From: Basidiobolus meristosporus CBS 931.73
Taxonomy: Eukaryota > Fungi > Basidiobolomycota
Assembly: GCA_002104905.1 (NCBI GenBank)
Contig: MCFE01000630.1
Coordinates: forward strand, 1-51,367
Direction: 5' to 3'
Length of the DNA: 51,367 bases
Part shown: in pieces, positions 24,388 to 35,635 of the stretch
How positions within the stretch are numbered: the first letter of the stretch is position 1
Layout of the letters: every line of letters begins with the position of its first letter
Program-made: the position numbers and the translations under genes
The notes under the pieces: model-generated
What the model saw: the letters and a program-made list of their open reading frames with translations, nothing else
The model's database searches: none
What the model was told of the DNA's origin: nothing

Positions 24388-25215
24388 CTACGATATGAAC
24401 ACTCGATTGATTGACTGAAAATGCCAAATGAAATACCAGCAAGATACCATGGGAAATCCAAACTCGAAATCTTCCATAGAATACTGCGAAATGCTGAAGC
24501 GCAAGACCATGTAGGTATCAAGGAAGCGGATCCCTGGGGAGCCCATCATGAATGAGCAGGGAAGTATATCAGCATATAACCATGACATCTCTTTGGTTGG
24601 GAGGTGCCTGAGTGCACGTTGAGCATATCTGTGGTGGGATGGGGGACTGACTATAAGAGGAACCCCACGCACGCCACTCTCCGGCCATTTTGTAGGGACA
24701 GCTACGGCTAAAGGGGCCGGTGGGGAGTTCGAAATGGTCTGGAGTGCCTGGAAAAGGGGTGGCATTCCATGGCTAGACTGATGGGGTTGGTGTAAAGCGC
24801 GTTTATTTTTGCTCGAGTCTGGTAGACGTGACAATGGGGAGGGCCCCAGGAAGTTGGGTGCAAAGGTTGGAACGCTCATGCAGGCATGGAAAGTAGGTAA
24901 CTTCTGGTGCTCCCACTGGCTCTAGGGATTAGCGCGCACCGTACAAGATGAGTACATGGCAATCAAGCTCATCCAGTGAAAAGCAACGTACCTGGGATAT
25001 CCATACAATCGGATACCCAACCAGTTGTCCGCACCAGATGCCCTCGTTTCGTGGATTGATCGGATCCACGCTGACTCCAGTTGCGACCTTCTACACTTCG
25101 GTGGCCGACTTCGGCATGGGCATGTCCGGGGCAATCGAACCGTACAAGTGAGTTGATCCACTCCATATACATCAGGAGTCATCATTGGAGCCATGTTGAC
25201 GTGGGAGTCTGTCAC
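24388..25215 (-). CDS. Hypothetical spliced gene of unknown function
   Basis: A clear minus-strand intron GTACGT...GCTAAT.CCCTAG (about 24922-24990) joins upstream ...GYPIVWISQ in frame to ORF 24388-24879. That ORF ends in a domain-like aromatic segment (WLYADILPCSF..WYFIWHF). The first exon is speculative. Confidence 0.45.
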
Positions 25216-26401
25216 CCCTAGCTGATGTAAGACTTTGGGGAGTGCTGGAATGGATCAGCAGGGCCGAAGAATTGTATGATACTCGCTTGCTGGTTGAGGG
25301 ATGAAGGGCGGATATGTCTGAGAGTGCTTTACCAGGCTAATGGGAAGGATGCTGTCGGAAGGGTTGCAACAAGTGGTGCACGAAGTTTGGGGATGTTCGG
25401 AGGAGTTCGAAACCCCCCCCGGGAACTTCCAGGGCTTCGGGGAACCAATTAGCTAAACAGCAACCTCTAACCTGCGTGAATCATTCTGGGGGCAGCCTGA
25501 CCCAATGTCAACACGAACCAGGTGCTACATGGATATACCGGTTGCTTGCTGACCTCCGAATGCCGCCAGCATGCATGCACCCCGACCGTCACCTGGGGAA
25601 TGATTCCGGTCAGGTTTACCGACGGTGTTTGCCGTGGTTGGACCGGTGGCGAGAATGACCGAGTCTCGTCAGGCCCTCCGACATTCTAGACATGCGGGCT
25701 TCCAAGTCCAAATGGGTTCAACCAAGCGGCGGAGGCATAGTTGACTCGGGCCCGCACCGAATGTCGGCAACCCCTGGTACCTTTGGCCTCCATGTCTATC
25801 GCACTGTAGGAAGGATAAAGCTCGGGTCATCCAGGGGGAGGGAGGAGGGGGGAGGGGTGAGTTGCGATGACCCTATCGAGTAGGTGGGTTGCCGCGGGAA
25901 GAATACTTCATGTAATGATTTATTTTCGCATCGGGTTTCACGACCTCTTCTACCTACTCTACGGGGTCAATAAATGGCTCCCACTCATGGTGGTTGATGC
26001 CAAGTGTATCCATCAACTCTGGAGCGGTAAGGCAGCGGGATGAAGACCAACCGGATTTCTAGGCCACGTCTGTTCTAATCGACCTCCGGTCATGTGATGT
26101 GGGTGAAATGGTGACCCACCATCCTCACCCGGACCACGCGAAAATTAGGCCGCCAATCTGGTTCAAAGTATGATAATGCACAAAGTATATATGACACACG
26201 GGGGAAACTTCTTTATCATGGTAAAGGGGACGGGATGGTACCGATTTCAACGAGGCGGACGACCTCAACACAATATCAAAGGCCCATCAACGGGCAATGG
26301 AGGGGGAGGGGGAGATTGCGCAAGGCAGAGGCTATTAGGGGAGTTCCGAGGAACCATGGATACAAGTACATATGTACATGGTGTGTAGTCTAGGAAAGGG
26401 A

Positions 26402-26851
26402 TTATTTAGTGGGGAGGAATCGATTCAGCTCCTCCAAACTCACACCTAGCTTGTAGTTCAAATGACTGAAGAGGTCCCAAGCTAGTCTGGAGGTTTCCGA
26501 CCTGGTCCATCGGTCGCGAGTGATCCCCACCACCTTGGACACCGTAAGGGCCCTGTCATCTAGGTATTTACTGGCCACCAGGAGGCAGGCCAGGAAGACC
26601 AACTCCTTTGAGGTGGCCTGGAGCAGCGGCAACTTCCCGGAGCCGGTCAGGCGCTCCAGGTAAACTAAGGCTGAGGCCAACACGAACGAGTTCACCCTAC
26701 CCCGATAAACCACACTCTTGACGAATTGAAAAAGGCTGGCGCGTGTCGACCGAGCAAAGGGAAGCCCGTCGAGGAAATGGGCGGTCGACTCGAGCAGTTG
26801 GTCCGAGACGGGCGACCAGAGGTCGTAGCGGGGGGAAGGCGTGAGGGACAT
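26402..26851 (-). CDS. Pho85-type (Pcl-like) cyclin, cyclin-box only; start probably MSLTP at 26851 (ORF open from 27022)
   Basis: ALVYLERL, VFLACLLVASKYLDD, RW..SETSRL..DLFSHLNYKL; TATA-like TATTTAA near 27000 on the minus strand. Confidence 0.85.
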   Translation of the reverse strand: MSLTPSPRYDLWSPVSDQLLESTAHFLDGLPFARSTRASLFQFVKSVVYRGRVNSFVLASALVYLERLTGSGKLPLLQATSKELVFLACLLVASKYLDDRALTVSKVVGITRDRWTRSETSRLAWDLFSHLNYKLGVSLEELNRFLPTK

Positions 26852-27399
26852 GTGGGATCGACAGAAAGGTTGGGCTGAGCACGTGAAGATCTTTGGGATT
26901 CGATTCGATGAAGGCTTACGGGCAGCTTCTTTGCACAGTTCGCACACTCCGGTTGGCAGTCTCTTGTTTGAGGATCTCTGCCCCAGCCGCCACTTAAATA
27001 CCCACCCCCCTCTCGATGACAAGTGAAGTGTGTAACGAGCATGAGTCAGGTTTATTTGATGTCTCAGGTGATCAATGAGCCTTGAATACCCAAATCGGTT
27101 TCATCTTGGAAATCATCTTGCATGGAACCGCGATGGCTCGTGGAGAGCTGTCCATTATTGCCAGGGAGGACTCATGGTTAGTCTTCCATGATCATGACCC
27201 CAAACCGGCGAATACGAGGATGCCCGAGTTCGATGCCCCCTTCCCTGAGTTCCCTAGTGCTAGCCTGTGGAATCACGGTGTCAACAGGGTGAAGGGATGC
27301 TCGCGGCCTGTATCGGTGGATTCTTGGCTTAGGGCTTCTCCTGACCGTCCCCAATGTAGTTTGTTGTTAGGACCGTGGGGACTATGTCACCCATCGCTA

Positions 27400-28052
27400 C
27401 TAAGCCCTTTTTGGAACCCACCGACGCCATCGTATTGTATTCCAGTTCAGACCATCAAACGATGATGAAAGAACTGCCTCATCCCAGTAGCAAATGCGGC
27501 CATCCCTCCCTCTACACTGATCATTCGAAATGTGTATCCGATTTGGTATGGTCTGAGAGTGCTTGGATCTGGTGAGGGGAATCCATTGAGTGGGTCAATC
27601 CAGTATTTCACAGGAGGTAGCGTATGATTCTCCACCGATGATAACGTAACATATGACGACTTCGTCCACAAACGGATACCATGGTATTGTTTCGTGGTTG
27701 AGCGGCATAGGTTTCACGTGATCGTGCGGCTCACGTGAACCAGAGTGGTGGACTCTTTCCAAGAAAGCGGCCAAAGGTCGCAGTCATGAGGGCGAGCGTG
27801 ATAAGCAGCATGAATGGAATCGGGGGATTGCCGGTAGGTCTGGTGGGACCGACTGCTACTGGGGCTAATAACCGAATGCCTACAAGGGAATTTGCGCTCC
27901 GAATACAGGTTTGCTGCCGGAAGGTAGCCCCTTGAACCTCCCCTCCCCCATACCTCATGAAATCCCGTGCATTTGACGATGAAGAAGCGCCGTTCTGAAA
28001 CCAATGGAGTTGCAAAAACGGAATAGGACGGATTGTCAGAAGAGGACATCAT
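27400..28052 (-). pseudogene. Possible divergent YTH-like gene or pseudogene
   Basis: The N-terminal RRFFIVKC is followed by a GTATGG donor. Downstream fragments include DEVVICYV and WIPLTRSKH..RGRDG, with an in-frame TGA at 27595-27597. No clean spliced model was found. Confidence 0.3.
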
Positions 28053-29056
28053 CGTATGACGGAATCGACCGGAATTGGGTTTAGGGTTGAATCATCGCCC
28101 AACTCTGGATTCCTTTGGAGAGTTTTCCCAAGAGCCGTAGTACTCCGAACCAAGGGGGGGTGTAGTGGGATCCTGAATGATCACATTGCCTTTGTCCATC
28201 TTTCGGTCAAGAGCTCATTGTTTCCGCACGAAGACCTACAATGCCGTAGACGAATATGATAACCATCAGCACAGCTGTTGAGAGGGTGGGGGCTTGTGAG
28301 CCCGTACGAGCTGGGCCTCAGCCGAACGGACTACTATGTCAAAGCACCTGGTAGTCTGTGCAAAGGAGAATTCCTCTAAAGACTGTTACGATGAGAATAT
28401 TCCCCATGACTCCGTACAACACCATTGTGGATGTAAGTCGGGGCCCTGTACCAAGTAGAAATCCCCAATCGTCAGGTAGTGGAATCTCCGGGCAATCTTT
28501 AATCCGTTTGGCCAACGCATACTTATCATGACCTTAATTCCCAGGCCACTCAGCCGCCTGCCCTTGATCTCCAGGTACATGATGAGCCTGGTTGGTTGGA
28601 TGAGTACACCGTTGAGGGCCGGCTCATTATTCTAAGCCTATTTTGCAAGGTGCATTCATGTACAGTCCAGTGGTTAGTAATGGATTCTGTATCATGCTTG
28701 CCCGCTCTTCAGGAGCCACTGCAAACATGGAGGTAATTCCAAGTCTGGACAAAAATCTCATCAACTGGCCTTAGGATCTAGATGCATCTGTTCCGACCAT
28801 AAAAGGTGTAGGTATCCGAGAGAATCGGTAGAGCTCTATGACCATATCATACGCATGTTCATTGGTCAAGGGGGGCCAGTGGTGGAATTGAATGAGAACA
28901 GGGAGATGATTAAAATTGGAGTTTATTTAGTTACTTCGGGTGGGTTAACGGTTGATGGAGACCGAACCAATCAGATGATGAGGTATATACAGGGCAAAAT
29001 CGTCGAAGGAGTTGGCCCATGACTGCAGTTAAACCGGTAGGATGCTGATGGGGGGA

Positions 29057-30409
29057 TTATTGCTTGGTGGCAGCCACCATGGCGATGAGCGCGGCACCAA
29101 TGCAACCACCATCGCGGGCAAGCTCCAACTTCACATTACTAGCCCGCTCCTTGCCGAGGCAGAGCTCGAGGGCACGGTGAATGCGCTGGGAGAAGTAGGG
29201 GTAGAATTCGTAGACGGACCCGTCAATACCAACCGTGGTCACCTCCTCCCCGTCCAAAAAGACGGTCTTGTTGTTGGCTTGAAGAAGCAGGGCGGAAACG
29301 GCGGCGCCCACGATGTTGGCCGAACGGGTGGCAATCAATTTGCACAAACGATGGATCTTGACGCAATCCTCAGGGCTAACTGGCTCCTCGGTGGGGAAGT
29401 GCTTGGCGAACAGATCGGGGATTGTGTCGTGGTCTTCACTGGGATCACTCTCGATGGTGGACATGAACAAGGTCTTGAACTCGTAGGGGATGTCAAGGTT
29501 CTTGGGAAGCTTTCCGTTGAATAGCTCCCCGTTCTCGCACAAGTCGACAAACACACGACGGGCAACTTCACCCATGTACATGCCGGACACCATCTTCTCG
29601 AGGCGTTGGAAACCGGGGATCACCGTCTCGTCATCAAGGGCCTTGTCGTATTTGGTGATGGGCAATCTCTTACCCATCACGCTGTACTCGGTATTGAGGA
29701 TCATCTGGTCGACCTCGGGGCCGTTGTATTTGGCGATGTTCTTCCCTGATTCGACATAGGCAGCGTTGGTACCGGTGGCAAGAATGAGGCCAACCTTGGT
29801 AGTGGGAGAGACGTAGGCGTGGGAGACAAGGGTGCCTACTGTGTCGTTGATGATGGCCGAAACAATGATGTTGTTGAGTCCCTTGCGCTGGAAACCGGCC
29901 TCGAGAAGGTCCTTCAAATCGTTACCGGTGACACCGGTGAGGTCGAAGCCTTTACCCATCTTAGCGACGATGCCACGGTCGATGGCGGTTTGCTCGAGGG
30001 CGAAGGAGAAGGTGACACCCATATGCAGATTAGCAGTACCAACGTTCAGGGTGACATCGTTGAGGAGATCCTCGGTACAGTCGGCGATCCAATCGAAAAG
30101 CTTGTCCCCGGTTCCTTTGCGAATTTCGTTGGAGATGGGATATTTCTTCATGTTGACACCGACCTGGCCATCGCCAAGCAGGGTAACAGCGGCGGTACGG
30201 AGATTGGTGCCACCAAGATCGATGGCGAGGTAGGTGCCGGTCTCCTTACCAGTAGGGAGAGCGGTGACATAGGATGGAATTTGGCCAATGATGGAAGGGT
30301 CGGTGGAGTCAAGACCCTCTTGCAAATCCTCCATGATGTCGGCAACAATGTCTTTGATTGTCTCGGGGGAAAGAGAGAATTGAGATTCGATTTCTTGGAA
30401 CTTGGACAT
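29057..30409 (-). CDS. Hexokinase-family sugar kinase (450 aa, intronless), atypical; possibly a GlcNAc kinase
   Basis: LAIDLGGTNLR, TFSF, INDTVGTL, TGTNAAYVE, EKMVSGMYMGE, DGSVY. Non-canonical motifs are MGKGF, NTEYS and DGGCIGAAL. Confidence 0.95.
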   Translation of the reverse strand: MSKFQEIESQFSLSPETIKDIVADIMEDLQEGLDSTDPSIIGQIPSYVTALPTGKETGTYLAIDLGGTNLRTAAVTLLGDGQVGVNMKKYPISNEIRKGTGDKLFDWIADCTEDLLNDVTLNVGTANLHMGVTFSFALEQTAIDRGIVAKMGKGFDLTGVTGNDLKDLLEAGFQRKGLNNIIVSAIINDTVGTLVSHAYVSPTTKVGLILATGTNAAYVESGKNIAKYNGPEVDQMILNTEYSVMGKRLPITKYDKALDDETVIPGFQRLEKMVSGMYMGEVARRVFVDLCENGELFNGKLPKNLDIPYEFKTLFMSTIESDPSEDHDTIPDLFAKHFPTEEPVSPEDCVKIHRLCKLIATRSANIVGAAVSALLLQANNKTVFLDGEEVTTVGIDGSVYEFYPYFSQRIHRALELCLGKERASNVKLELARDGGCIGAALIAMVAATKQ

Positions 30410-32120
30410 GTTTAGTATTGCAGTGGAGACAGAGAAGAGAGAGACTTGCTTGAATTAGGGAGTCGCCAGTGCAACTATTTATCTAGTTCAGCGGTGATGG
30501 CCAAAATCAGCCATTTCCGGAGCAAACCAATCGGCTCCATGGAAATTGGGCTTCAATCTACATAGGTCGAAAGAACCTTATAGAATCAACATATTAAAGG
30601 AAATGTGCGGTGCGTCTCGCGAACTTCGTCCTAGGCTTCCGTGGGTAAAGCGGAAGCTGAGATCAAGGTGCGAGGACGCCGCGTAGCTCGAGCTACTTGC
30701 TTCCAATGACAATGGCACCTCTGCTGAGTCCATTCAACAAGAAACATGCTATGCTGCAAGTATTCGGAGTATCTCCAGCTTCTAGTAATTGTTCCTGCGA
30801 AGTGGGTACTGTAGGACCTCAACCCTGTTGACATAGCCACCAACGCGATCAACAGAAGAATTCTCGCAACACAGCAATTACACCATTTACAGCGTTGTTA
30901 TTGAGGAGCCCGCATTCGTCCGTTCGAAATCGCCATATATAGATGGCCGGTAGATCTAGAATAGAAACTATCCTACCATATATGCACAAAGTCAAATGTT
31001 AATTTCCAATCACCGTGGAGAGGCTTGGTATTCCATTGGCCACGAACGCAGAAACTTTAAAACCCTGTAAATGGTCTAAGTGTCCGCTTGGAATGTCGGA
31101 GATTAAATGGCCGTGTTAATTCTAGAGCCCGTTGGCTATTCGGACCTGGCAGCTGCCTGGTACTATGTGTAGCCATGCGCATTAGACAGCCTGCTTCCAA
31201 ACACAGCGTAAATGCCCATGAATAGGTACATATTGTTTCTTTTGGCCACCGATACTCGTATCCATGTGTCTAGAAGGCCCACATGGGCGGACAATTTACT
31301 GGGATTTCCCCTCGCCCACATGGGCTACGCATCTGTCGGCGTAGATCGGTGGCCTTCCACGACTGAAGTGCAGTCAACGTAAGTGCATATTCAACCCATT
31401 TCGATGGATGGTAAGGAATTCATGATTGCCTTGGTGGAAAAATAGGCTCACTTTGTATGAAGCGATCGCGACCATCTCCACAAATGGTCACTTGTAGAAA
31501 GTCCGACCGTCCCGATCAGGAAAATTAAACCAACTTTGGAAATACTACTAACCCACTCGGTGAGGAACTCCGACAGGCTTCACTTGGCCAAGGACAGTGC
31601 GGACTGAAGCGTCTGCCGGGACCGTCTGAGAATTGTCCACGCTTGATTTCCTAACTGGCCGTTTGATTTGGGGATGGGAATTGGTCAGAATCTGGCCCTT
31701 TTGAATTACACATCGGCTTAGACCTAATCTATGCAGCATTGTGCCTGATGTGGTGTGAGAGCGGCTTATCGGGGTTGCGGAGACTCGGTAAGAGAGTAAG
31801 AGGGTAAGAGAGGGAGGATGATGCAAATCAAATTCTTAAACCAGAATTAAGACCAACCACACTTTTCATCTGATGGTGTCTAAAACGGCGGTAAATAAGA
31901 CAGCTTGTTTGAACTCTGATTAATTGATATCTGCACAAGTGCCATCGGGATGATTTCTTTTCACCCGCGATACAGCCCTCCATGGTCCATCATTCTGTGG
32001 GAGCGAAACCTCAAGATTGACTGGAAGCTAATTCGATTAAACTAGGTCTTTAATAAAGATCGACACAATGGAAACGAAGTATAAATCATTGCTTTGCGAG
32101 TCAACCCACCCTCCCATCAC

Positions 32121-32128
32121 TATATATA
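32121..32128 (+). promoter_or_regulatory. Putative TATA box of the tandem CCCH gene
   Basis: TATATATA about 70 bp upstream of ATG 32194. Confidence 0.5.
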
Positions 32129-32193
32129 CAAGCGCTGCGTCTCACGGTTGCTTGTACACTTGGTTCCACTAGATCATCCGGTCGAACGCGTCG

Positions 32194-32974
32194 ATGCCCA
32201 GTGATTCCTCTCATTGTCCAGTTGCCATTTCCTGGATTGATCAAGAACCGGGCGGTGCGTGGGATACCACCTCAGGTAAATAAGCATCACCAAGTACTTA
32301 GCATTCATACTTCTCACCACCCGTGTCTACATTAACGAAGACACGCCAGGTAAACAAAGTTCCAAGGGAAGCCCCGCAAAGCACCTAATCGCCGGGAGGA
32401 AAGAGGGGCGACGCATGAACAAAATGATTGTCCTCTACAAAACCGAACTTTGCCGTAGTTTCGGGGAAACGTCTTCCTGTCGGTAAGTAAGCCCCCTTAT
32501 CCAAGGAATATTGGCGTGTTCTTCTAACGCACCGCGACCTCAAGCTACGGTCTAAAATGCCAGTTTGCCCACGGTACCCACGAACTACGCCCGGTCAGCC
32601 GCCACCCCAAGTACAAAACCCTCTTTTGTAAAGCATTCTGGGAACAAGGCTCCTGCCCATATGGACAGCGATGTTGCTTCGTTCATATCTCCTCTTGCTC
32701 GTCCGATACCGACCCGTCAGAGAGCAACTTCAGCGATGCTGATAGTCTGGAAAATTTCTCTGGCTCCGACTCCCTGCCTAACCTTCCCACCGACTCCACC
32801 AAATCTTGGTGGAACCACACCACTGCCTACGACGCACTTTCTCCCCATCCCATGAGCCGCATCCAGGGACCAATCCATGGTAAGGAGTGTCTATGGGAGA
32901 AGATAGCCTATCCGGAAAACCCACTGGCCAGATGTCGGCTACCGATCTTCCGCAAACTGAGTGAACAAACCTAA
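32194..32974 (+). CDS. TIS11/tristetraprolin/Cth1-family tandem CCCH mRNA-decay protein, 217 aa; exons 32194-32275, 32341-32482, 32545-32974
   Basis: The spliced frame gives YKTELC-x8-C-x5-C-x3-H, an 18-aa linker, YKTLFC-x8-C-x5-C-x3-H and the C-terminal RLPIF motif. Both introns are GT-AG with TAAC branch-like sites. Confidence 0.93.
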
Positions 32975-33694
32975 CGATGCGTCGTACGCATGTCCAACCA
33001 CCTTCGGGGAGGGATTCCTTCATTTGTTACCGAATTGAACGTATCTGCCATCTCCTCCGTTCCCATATCAATCGATCGATTGCGGGTTGACCCGACGGAG
33101 GGGATCCGTTCCTGACCAACTCTTCACCAATGCTTTACACCCACTCCGCGTAGCCAAGACCCACCAGTAAACTAAGCCGATTAACCGAAATAAATGCTCC
33201 ATGTTCATGGGTCAAAGCGCCCCCATTCCGTACAGATTCCCGGTGGCATGGACCAGGCCATCGTCACTCAAGCAGTAGAATATCCAAGGTTTAATTTTGA
33301 TTATACCGAAACACGAAGCTGAAGCAAAGGGCCTCTCTAAAGATTAGTCTTAAGGGTGGGAATGGTGGTTCTTGCGAAGAGAAGAAGCAGTGTCGAGTGA
33401 ATATATAGAACAGTGGAGGGGGGGGGTTTGGAACAAAAGATGACTTATTACAACCAATTGAAAAAATGAACAAGAATGCAAATGGAATGTTCCTACGAAC
33501 GAGATCAAAAAACTGATAGGTAGTGGCATTGTTTTGTGGTTACGATGGATAGACGTGGGTTAGTAATATAATTAGAGCTGGGGAGGAGCAGCAAGTCTCC
33601 TCCCATCTGGTTGCGGGCGAAAACGTCCGCATTCTACCAATGGATCAACGATGTTAGTGGGCAGCGAAAATGGACCAAAACTTTTCGGCTGCCG

Positions 33695-35635
33695 TTAATG
33701 GGTGGCTGCCCCGTAGAATATAGGGAATTCCGCGGTACGGATGAGGGGGGCTTTTTCCCGACGCCAGGTTCCGACGGTGGTTCGACTTTCGTCGTAACTG
33801 CTGCGCGAGTTTTCTAGGTTGGCTTCCGAATCGCCATACACCTCCTCGGTCTCCTCGTAGTAATCATCATCGGTATCCGTGAAATCAAGCTCGTCGTGGA
33901 GTCCGTTGCCGCTGCACATGGTACGAGAAAGGATCCCACCTCCCCACCAGGAGTCGACCAACCACAGAGCAAGCAGCCCGATCAACCCCGCGCATATGAC
34001 CGCCCCCAAGAATGTTTCAACCCACACGTACTGCGAGTTCTGGATCACTAATGGAGCAACGATCAACGGCGCAACACTAAGGAATGTATTCAAAACAGAT
34101 GTGGCGACTGCGTACGCAGTGGCGAGATAGCCTTCTTCAACAAACAGTGCAATGGCAGGCCAGAAAAACTACACTCGGAATGAGAAGTCAATTAGAGTAT
34201 ACTACGAGCTACACAGATTCACTTACCGAGGCGTAAAGAGCGGACATGCATCCAAGGCTGATCAATCCAGGCAGTGGCGACCAGGAGGCAAAGGCGAATG
34301 ACCAATGTACAAAGCCGATGGTGCCAGCACAAAGAATCATAATCGGCATACGGCACCCAACGAGATTGGTCAGAACCCCCGAAAATGGGAGCAGCAGGGT
34401 GGAGAGGAGGTCAGGCACTGCAAGTAAAGCACCAGCGGTGATGGGGTCCCTTCCGAGCCATTTCTTCTGGAAAAAGTCGGAGCCTATATTCATTGCGTGG
34501 GGAGAGACGTCAGTACACAGCAACGCTGAGGCACCAGTGAAAGCCACTTACCAACGTTGATCAATGGGATGGTTGAGCCGTAGAAGCTGAAATGTACAGA
34601 TGAATGAATATGGGTCCACCTCGGCAAAGGGTTAGCAATAGCTTACCAAATCATTACAAAGCAGAGGATCCAGAACTCTGTAGGGAATCGGTATAGGTCG
34701 GAGAGCTTCATCTGCTGCTCCAAACGATCGCAGGGCCTGCAAGAGCCATCCGAAAAGCCCGAAAAGTAGCTACTCCGGATGTTTCCATTCTCCGGAACCC
34801 CCATGAATTGGCCGCTGAATCGCTTGTTGCCCGAGATGCTCATCACCAGCCTCTGGCGGATCTTGATCTTCACTCGGGCTTCACCCGCATAGTCGGCCAG
34901 AATGAATAGCAGTGCACAGATACCAGAGAACACGCACATCACTAGCCCAAAGCAAGATGCAGTGGCTACCCCGCCATACCTCTCGGCGATGTATGGACTC
35001 ACCAAGTCATTGAACACTGAGCCTAATCGAGCAAAGCATAGGTTGATTCCGAGGGCGAAGCCGAGTTCCTTGGCGTTGAACCAATGATACGTGATCCGGG
35101 CCTGGGCTATGCCCAACGACTCCCCGCCTACACCGAGGATCAATCGGCCCATTAGAACGAGGGGGAACATGCGCATTACCAAGCCGACTGTAAACAGGAG
35201 TTGACCGCATATAACCACCCCGGAGAGAGCAAGGAAACTCTTCCGGGCACCTGTCGATACAAGATCTTGTTAGCGGCGTATCTGACCAAGAGCAGGCCAA
35301 GAGGGCGGGCTTACCATGTTTGTCAATGAGTGGACCCATGGCAAAGGGGAGGAAAATGTTGGGGATGGAATACACCACGTACATCAGAGCCAGCTGATAC
35401 TGCCAATGATCGTAATTGGAGCCTAGATATTCCATCAACTGCCCATTAAGAGCAGCGGGCATATCATACGCCTATCACAGGTTAGTTCCAAGGGCATTTT
35501 AAGAGCGGTAGACAAACTACTCACGTAATAGTTTCCGGTTAATGAGAGGGCGCTTAGGCCTAGCACTATCCATCGGCCATAGCTTCTGGACGGTATAGAG
35601 ATTTCGGCTAAGTTAAGGGTCTCATTGCCTGACAT
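33695..35635 (-). CDS. MFSD1: MFSD1-like major facilitator superfamily transporter, 6 exons
   Basis: The spliced frame has YYAYDMPAAL, YSIPNIFLP..GPLID, GRLILGVGGESL.IAQ..ITYHWF.AKEL, ARLGS, CFYGSTIPL, FWPAI and TAYAVATSVLN. There are five GT-AG introns (first three donors at 35524, 35314 and 34646). Confidence 0.88.

Noticed and set aside
26852-27022. 57-aa N-terminal extension of the first cyclin ORF
   Set aside because: Contains a TATA-like element and no cyclin similarity; more likely promoter/5' UTR, though not excluded.
29042-30415. Plus-strand ORFs of 160, 89, 198 and 133 aa
   Set aside because: Antisense to the hexokinase gene; a by-product of its codon bias.
32565-32855. 96-aa ORF from the track
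   Set aside because: Wrong frame; the real product is the spliced CCCH protein.
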